DNA of 40,981 nucleotides, taken from IMG/VR virus record IMGVR_UViG_3300030330_001188, positions 1 to 40,981 of that record. One strand, 5' to 3'. The DNA is from a virus (lineage: Duplodnaviria; Caudoviricetes). A program made the translations under genes and the position numbers. Positions 35,470 to 40,981 of the stretch are shown here, piece by piece (the stretch's first letter is position 1; every line of letters begins with the position of its first letter). The notes beneath the pieces are model-generated. The model saw only the letters and a program-made list of their open reading frames with translations, ran no database searches and was not told where the DNA came from.

Positions 35470-37390
35470 TCCATTCTACTATATCAAACCCATCATAGCT
35501 AGGAGTGTAGTCAATTCCCATATCAGAGAAATGTGCTTTTTGCAACTTCCTTAATACTTTAATAGGAAACCAACTAGCCATAACTATATCAGATTTATAA
35601 ATGTTTTTTCTTCTTGCTGAAAAATATGATAATTGTTTTCTATACATTTCTGATTTTACTTGTGATTCTGTATTGCCATACGGTAAAACAATTAACTTGT
35701 CTTGAAACATAGGTGCTAATGATGTAACACCAAAATGACTATCCCATTTATTTTTATATGTTTCGTGTCCCTCTAGTATTATTCCATTTCTATTTGCATA
35801 TTCTTTTATACGAGGGTCTTGTCTTATAGCTTTTTGAAAGTTATTTTCTTCTATTACCCAATGATATAAGTTATAGTCTTGATGCCATTCTTTAATAATC
35901 TGTAATGCTTCTTCTATACCACCACCTTTGTTATTTTGTATATCTACCATTTGTAACAAAGCATCTTCACCATCATCTAGTATTGCCCAAAGAAATGCAG
36001 CTTGATATCCTGTTGCTGCAGGGTCTAGGCCTGCAACTAAATAAGAATGTTTTGGAATTTGTCCTACTACTTTGTTAGTATCCATACACTCTGATATAGC
36101 TTCTACACTAAATATTGTTGCACCACCTTCACCAGGCCTATTTTGATAAACCATCTCAAATCTTTGTAAACCACCTGTAGTCATAGAATCTCTTCGTCTT
36201 GACTGTAACCACTTGTATGTTCTAAAACCTGACCACAACATACACTCTATATGTTCATCTTCTTCTAGTTCGGGTATTGTACAACTAGTATCGTGTGCTT
36301 CTTCTACTATTGTTTCCCAGGCTTCTGAATCTAATAATGAATTGTATAAATCATCAGGATGCTGTCTTGACCCAATAACAATTATTGCTGTATGTTCTTC
36401 TTTACGTGATGCTAATGTTGTAGTCCACCAGTTTTTTGTATTGTTTCTAGCACTAGGTTGTGCAGTAGATGCATGGTCTTCAATGTCGTCTGCAATAATT
36501 AAATCACAGTCTCTTGATAATATCTTGCCACCTTTACCTATACCTATCATTGTTGGTGACTTAATACCGTGTACTGTTCTAGTAGATACAGTAAATCCAT
36601 TTTGTGACCAAGATTTACCTGTTCTTGTTCTAGGTTTAAATGTACCACCTGGTCCACAAAAATCTTCTTTTAATGCTTCGTTACTTTCTAATGTATCTAT
36701 TACAGATAAAACAGAGTTCTTTGCAATATCTTCGTTACCGCCTACCCACATAATTCTTATGTTAGGATTTTTCATAATACGCCATATAGCAAAATGTATT
36801 AACAATTCTGTTTTACCGTGTCTTGGTGGTGACAGTATCATCTGTTGACCACCATCATCTATAGCTTTATTAAGTGCTTGTATCCATTTACTATGAAAAG
36901 GTGCTGTCTCAAACGGTATACCTTTCTCAGTTAAAAAATATCTATTTCTAAATTCTGTAAAACTTTCTAACGATTCAATAGCAGCATCAGGTACATCCCA
37001 ATCTTGTTGTGCTTTTTCTAACTCAACATCTTCTTGATACGCAGCCATAAATCTTGAAATTTGTGCTTTACTAACTTTAAGTAACTTAGCTGCTTCATCT
37101 CTCGTAATGCTTTCTTGTAGTACTTCGTAAATAATTCCATCTTGTATGAATTTGTCATAGACATTGCCACGTCTAGCACTAGCTCGTCCATCTTCCGATT
37201 TAGTTTCTTTTTTAGGTTTCTTAGCGTTAGCATTAGTCTTTTTCTCAGGAAGAATATAGACCTCTCCATTTTTCTTAGCACGCCATTTCCTCTTATCAAT
37301 TAATTGTCTGCATTTGTCTGAACAAAATTTTCTTTGACCTTTAGGTAATAAATTTGCACAATCGGGAACTGCACATACTACATTTACCAT
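35450..37390 (-). CDS. terL: Terminase large subunit with N-terminal zinc finger and HTH
   Basis: Walker A PPRHGKT, Walker B LIIADD, IGSRQHPDD, nuclease AGLDPA and DIVMA. Confidence 0.92.
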   Translation of the reverse strand: MVNVVCAVPDCANLLPKGQRKFCSDKCRQLIDKRKWRAKKNGEVYILPEKKTNANAKKPKKETKSEDGRASARRGNVYDKFIQDGIIYEVLQESITRDEAAKLLKVSKAQISRFMAAYQEDVELEKAQQDWDVPDAAIESLESFTEFRNRYFLTEKGIPFETAPFHSKWIQALNKAIDDGGQQMILSPPRHGKTELLIHFAIWRIMKNPNIRIMWVGGNEDIAKNSVLSVIDTLESNEALKEDFCGPGGTFKPRTRTGKSWSQNGFTVSTRTVHGIKSPTMIGIGKGGKILSRDCDLIIADDIEDHASTAQPSARNNTKNWWTTTLASRKEEHTAIIVIGSRQHPDDLYNSLLDSEAWETIVEEAHDTSCTIPELEEDEHIECMLWSGFRTYKWLQSRRRDSMTTGGLQRFEMVYQNRPGEGGATIFSVEAISECMDTNKVVGQIPKHSYLVAGLDPAATGYQAAFLWAILDDGEDALLQMVDIQNNKGGGIEEALQIIKEWHQDYNLYHWVIEENNFQKAIRQDPRIKEYANRNGIILEGHETYKNKWDSHFGVTSLAPMFQDKLIVLPYGNTESQVKSEMYRKQLSYFSARRKNIYKSDIVMASWFPIKVLRKLQKAHFSDMGIDYTPSYDGFDIVEWNDAPWR

Positions 37391-37674
37391 TTGGTTTTAT
37401 TCGCCCAATAGGCTGCTGACATCTTTCCCTTTTTAATATTCTTTGCGTGCCTTGCTTTAAAAGATTTACGTCTAGCTTTATTTTTTGCAGACTTAGGATT
37501 TTTACCTGCACCTGAAACTCCTTGTTGACCAAATCTAATTAACTTAAGTTGATGGCCTTCTTGTGCAAGAACAACGTGCGACTTCTTAGGATGTTTAGGT
37601 GTACGTTTAGGTTTGTTAACACCTTTAAGGCCGTGTTTTTTTAACAGAGCTTTTTTACGATTTGCATGTGCCAT
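37384..37674 (-). CDS. Small basic protein (DUF5754-like)
   Basis: KLIRFGQQG...RRKSFKARH...SAAYWA. Confidence 0.7.
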   Translation of the reverse strand: MAHANRKKALLKKHGLKGVNKPKRTPKHPKKSHVVLAQEGHQLKLIRFGQQGVSGAGKNPKSAKNKARRKSFKARHAKNIKKGKMSAAYWANKTKW

Positions 37675-37847
37675 TATTTACCAACAGCTTTTTGTGCACG
37701 TTTATGTGCTTGTGTAAAAGTTGCACCACGTTTCATAGAATTATACATATACTGAATATGTTTTTTACTATGATGTTTAGAATGTTTTTTCATAGTCTGT
37801 TGTTGACGTTTAGTCAAAGCAGATAAATCTACACCCTTAACTTTCAT
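37674..37847 (-). CDS. 57-aa basic His-rich protein
   Basis: MKVKGVDLSALTKRQQQTMKKHSKHHSKKH...AHKRAQKAVGK, SD AGGAGG, coupled at both ends. Confidence 0.7.
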   Translation of the reverse strand: MKVKGVDLSALTKRQQQTMKKHSKHHSKKHIQYMYNSMKRGATFTQAHKRAQKAVGK

Positions 37848-38047
37848 TTACGCCTCCTTTTTTTAGTAGCTCTTGATTTCTGTACTTTTTTCAAATCTAT
37901 GTACCTACCTTCTCTATAAGCCTTTGCAGTCGCCTTAATTTCACGAGCAACAGAAGCCTTTGAATTTTTTTTATTCTTAAGGTATTTAGAGGGTACGCCT
38001 TTTTCATAAGGAACTTTACGCCTACTTTTTTTTCTTTTTGGAGGCAC
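37844..38047 (-). CDS. Small basic protein
   Basis: K/R-rich, GVPSKYL. Start uncertain (GTG 38047 preferred). Confidence 0.55.
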   Translation of the reverse strand: MPPKRKKSRRKVPYEKGVPSKYLKNKKNSKASVAREIKATAKAYREGRYIDLKKVQKSRATKKRRRK

Positions 38048-38303
38048 GCTTTTTCTTACCACCCTTCTTCTTTAAATCGTTATCTTGTGAATGACCACCT
38101 TTAATAAAACTATTTACTCTACCCATAGCCCAGGCCTGCATAGATGCAGATTTGCTACCACTAGATAAATAAGCACCTTGTCCTCGTCTATATACTTGTG
38201 CTAATTGTCCATAACTATATTTAGAGTTAGCTGCCTTTTTTTGCAAAGCAGCTTTAGTCTTTGCGTTTATAGGTTTTCTTTTTGGTTTCTTTTTAGGAGC
38301 CAT
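38022..38303 (-). CDS. Small basic protein (DUF5824-like)
   Basis: QVYRRGQGAYLSSGS...QAWAMGRVNSF. Start at MAPKKK. Confidence 0.7.
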   Translation of the reverse strand: MAPKKKPKRKPINAKTKAALQKKAANSKYSYGQLAQVYRRGQGAYLSSGSKSASMQAWAMGRVNSFIKGGHSQDNDLKKKGGKKKRASKKKKK

Positions 38304-38358
38304 TAGGCCCACCCTTACAAACGTCAGGGCAAGCTCCACAACAGTTAAATATATTCAT
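38293..38358 (-). CDS. 21-aa Cys-rich peptide (MNIFNCCGACPDVCKGGPNGS)
   Basis: Translated by hand. Fills a gap and has no SD. Confidence 0.4.
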   Translation of the reverse strand: MNIFNCCGACPDVCKGGPNGS

Positions 38359-38367
38359 ATACTTATA

Positions 38368-38436
38368 TTAGTACATTCTACGCTTTTTACGGGCTTTATT
38401 CTTCCTCTTCGGTCTCATCTTTTTTCCGTACATCAT
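38368..38436 (-). CDS. 22-aa protamine-like peptide (MMYGKKMRPKRKNKARKKRRMY)
   Basis: SD AAGGAG. Confidence 0.55.
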   Translation of the reverse strand: MMYGKKMRPKRKNKARKKRRMY

Positions 38437-38542
38437 ATCTCCTTAATTTTTTATTATATTGTGTGCAACCTAAGTTACTACAAAATTTGTACTTACGTTT
38501 AAATTTAAGTAGCTTGTTACAAACGTTGCAACTTTTTATCAT
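38396..38542 (-). CDS. 48-aa zinc-ribbon protein
   Basis: MIKSCNVCNK...FCSNLGC...ETEEEE. Confidence 0.55.
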   Translation of the reverse strand: MIKSCNVCNKLLKFKRKYKFCSNLGCTQYNKKLRRYDVRKKDETEEEE

Positions 38543-38562
38543 TATGATAACATAGTCTAACT

Positions 38563-38763
38563 ATGGCGAAGGTTACAAACAAGGACATCCAAAAAAAAGG
38601 TAGAGAAATTGCATTAAAACTTGACCACCTTATGGCAATCGTAGACAAATCATACAACAGACATCAGAAGTGTTTGGCTTGTAACGAAATGTATAAACAC
38701 CATAGTGATGGCCTACCCTGTATATCAGACTCTAATCATAAAGAAATAATTAAGCATAAATAG
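38563..38763 (+). CDS. Small Cys/His protein on the opposite strand
   Basis: CLAC...HH...C. Upstream TTGCAA-N16-TAACAT (38526-38553). Confidence 0.55.
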   Translation: MAKVTNKDIQKKGREIALKLDHLMAIVDKSYNRHQKCLACNEMYKHHSDGLPCISDSNHKEIIKHK

Positions 38764-39253
38764 CTTTATCTACTAACTCTTCAGATACGTTAATTGTATG
38801 TACTTCTCCAGTAGCTCGCAGCTCTGTTATAGGAACTAATAAGGAGCGTGAAAAAAAATTTTTATTTTCTGTTTTTATTATTTTGTGTTTGCCGTCTGCA
38901 ATCCAATCTACAATCCAAGGATTAAGATTTTTAGGATTCCAATATAGTATTTCTGTTCCAGGCCTTATCCAATAAAATAAATAATCAGGAAATGTTTTCA
39001 TTGCACACCCTATAGACTTAAATCCGTCATTGTCTACTATCTGTATCTCTAATGCTACGTTGCCTGTAGTTATGGCCTGTGTGTCAGTTTTTACTTCAAA
39101 GTATTTTGTACCCAACCTGTTGTTGACCACAAAGAAGTCTGCACCTTGCTGCTGTTCCCAATCCTGTGCATCCCTAACAATATAGATTTGTTTATTTTCT
39201 TCTTGCTTGCTTTCGTAGAAAAATTTGACCAACCTTTCCCCTTGTTCTCCCAC
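38750..39253 (-). CDS. PD-(D/E)xK nuclease-fold protein
   Basis: GEQGE...GADF...YFEVKTD...GNVALE. The true start may lie about 30 nt upstream. Confidence 0.72.
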   Translation of the reverse strand: MGEQGERLVKFFYESKQEENKQIYIVRDAQDWEQQQGADFFVVNNRLGTKYFEVKTDTQAITTGNVALEIQIVDNDGFKSIGCAMKTFPDYLFYWIRPGTEILYWNPKNLNPWIVDWIADGKHKIIKTENKNFFSRSLLVPITELRATGEVHTINVSEELVDKAIYA

Positions 39254-39299
39254 TGAAAGTTGTTCGTTAAATTCATAGATAATATCCTCCTTTATTCTT

Positions 39300-40560
39300 A
39301 ATTGTATGTTAGTATAAACTTAATCTTAACAAACATTCTTTTTGAACTAATAAGTTACAGGTAAAGAGGCTATCGGACGGACGAAAGCTCGCTACTAGCA
39401 CTAGCTAGGACTGGGATTACCACAAGGCGAGTACCCGAGGACTTACGAAAAAGAAAGAATTATTTTTTTTACCGTACGCTCAATGTCCGCCCCTGCCCGA
39501 AAACACCCCCCAAACGTACTATAAAAAAGATTTTCTTTTTTACTAGAATTGCTTACGCGTATGCTATAATACACTAGACACTTACTTATACAGGACTTTA
39601 CAATCCTCCTGTAACACTTTCCCAGTCAATGTACAGGTAAGTGTCACGTCTACATTAAGCTAGTTACCAGTAATTTTTTTTGATATGACATACTCTAACC
39701 ACCCCACGCCACATTAATATCCCCCGTTACGCGTTAACCACCTGTTCATAATTTACATTTAACATACATCTATATGTCCCCCACCCTATATGAATACTCG
39801 CTTACGCTCGCATACAATTACTTATCCCACCCTGTATTAAAACATACTACATATAGTACCCTTTGTTTATATATGTCTAGTATATGTACTTAAGTTAGTT
39901 CCCTATGATTCAAACCTCAGACACTCTCTATACTCCTATACTCTTTTCCTATACCACTATATATAGTATACTCTTTATCTTTCACACACTATATCAGTAA
40001 GTACCAATGTACATTCGTTCAGTCGTGCCTCGCATTTGTAACATCCTCGGCTCGTTGACACTCGCCTTCGGGCGAGCCATCTCCTTCACTATTCACTCTA
40101 GTCTTTATCCCCGTTGTCCCCATTGTTCTACGTTGTTTCATTCAGTGCTCATTGTCTGACGCAAATTCGCACTAGCCTTTACTCGTACGCTCGCCTCGCT
40201 CGCTAGCTTCGTAAAGACCATTACACAACAGAACAATAGCAAAATTATTCTTCTCCAGTCGTGCGTGCTCACTCGTCAAGAACTCGTCTAGCCGACTCGT
40301 TTGCTACGCAATGTAATCTAACTCGCTCGACTACTGTTCGCTACGCTCACTCATACGTATCACGCATCTCCTTATACTCAACCCGTGCTAGGACAAGCCT
40401 AGCACCATCTTCCGTTCCGAAATCTGCTGCGGGGTTTCGCTCCAGGTAATAATTTTACTGGAACAACTACCATCCTCAACAACTCTCACCAACATAACAA
40501 CACTCTGAGCAAGTGTGTCAGAGGTTGTTATCAGTAGACAACCGTTACAGAAAGGGTTAA
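39300..40560. other. Large non-coding control region (candidate origin / packaging region)
   Basis: About 1.25 kb with no credible ORF between the divergent arms. Contains C-rich tracts, NrdR-like boxes, CTCG repeats and hairpins. Confidence 0.55.
39562..39645 (+). ncRNA. Candidate small RNA with its own extended -10 promoter
   Basis: TGCTATAAT (39562-39570), then a hairpin at 39577-39645 (GACACTTAC/GTAAGTGTC) enclosing TTACA-ATCCTCC-TGTAA. Confidence 0.5.
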
Positions 40561-40564
40561 GACA

Positions 40565-40981
40565 ATGGCTAAGGCTAAACTTAATTCAGACATCACACGT
40601 TTCCTAGGTGGTGTAACACAAGGTAAACTAGGAAAAAAGAATATAACCGTGCAAGTCGGTAGAATAGACAACGCTGTATTGGGTACAGATGGTAAACCTA
40701 AAGTTAGGTATCGTCTCGTAGTCAATGGTAAAGAGAGTAAATATCTCATACGTTCTTGGCAAGGTGCATATCAGGTACACCAGATTGTAGCTAGTGGAGA
40801 CGCTAAAGAAATATTTACTCAAGCAGGAGACCTTAAGAAAGGTATGACTGATATCATTGGTACAGATGCTATACGTTCTGTATTCGATTACATTTGTCCT
40901 ATCAATCTATATTCTAAGAATGAGTTAGCTAAGAAAGCAGTTAACACTTCTATCAAGGTTGGTAATCCTAAAAAGGACAAA
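40565..40981 (+). CDS. First early gene, basic protein of unknown function (partial, runs off the window end)
   Basis: SD AGAAAGGG, then MAKAKLNSDITRFLGGVTQGKLGKKNITVQVGR... open for 139 codons. Absent from the ORF track. Confidence 0.8.
   Translation, partial: MAKAKLNSDITRFLGGVTQGKLGKKNITVQVGRIDNAVLGTDGKPKVRYRLVVNGKESKYLIRSWQGAYQVHQIVASGDAKEIFTQAGDLKKGMTDIIGTDAIRSVFDYICPINLYSKNELAKKAVNTSIKVGNPKKDK

Noticed and set aside
36213-36848. 211-aa + strand ORF and similar antisense ORFs across the late arm
   Set aside because: Shadow frames of well-supported minus-strand genes.
39366-39392. Hammerhead ribozyme (GGACGAAA)
   Set aside because: The required CUGANGA core is absent.
40261-40449. 62-aa + strand ORF in the control region
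   Set aside because: GTG start without an SD, and the Arg/Ser-rich product reflects the CTCG repeats.
1-40981. tRNA genes, integrase/att site, reverse transcriptase or DGR
   Set aside because: No cloverleaf, recombinase or RT motifs and no template/variable repeat pair seen by eye. tRNAscan and a self dot-plot would confirm.

Overview
AT-rich tailed dsDNA phage sequence, probably an essentially complete circularly permuted genome: the ORF running off the right end appears to finish at the left end. The + strand arm (about 40565 to the end, then 1-8690) holds early genes: many small zinc-finger or acidic-tailed ORFs, a MoxR AAA+/vWA pair, an HTH plus metallophosphoesterase, and a probable ssDNA-annealing protein. 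The - strand arm (38542 down to 8736) is a podovirus-type late operon: basic peptides, a terminase with an N-terminal Zn/HTH extension, portal, ejection proteins (one 2269 aa with HExxH, one lytic transglycosylase), scaffold, major capsid, tail adaptor/nozzle, fibres and lysis genes. I recognise no polymerase, primase, helicase, integrase or RNR. The r1t-type holin and leaderless extended -10 promoters suggest an actinobacterial host (inference). The most striking non-coding signals are tandem NrdR-box-like operators over the scaffold/capsid promoter, with more copies in the control region, and a duplicated pair of long, covarying, G-U-rich RNA hairpins at 2543-2761, one with an anti-Shine-Dalgarno-like loop. 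All calls come from reading motifs by eye; no database searches were run.
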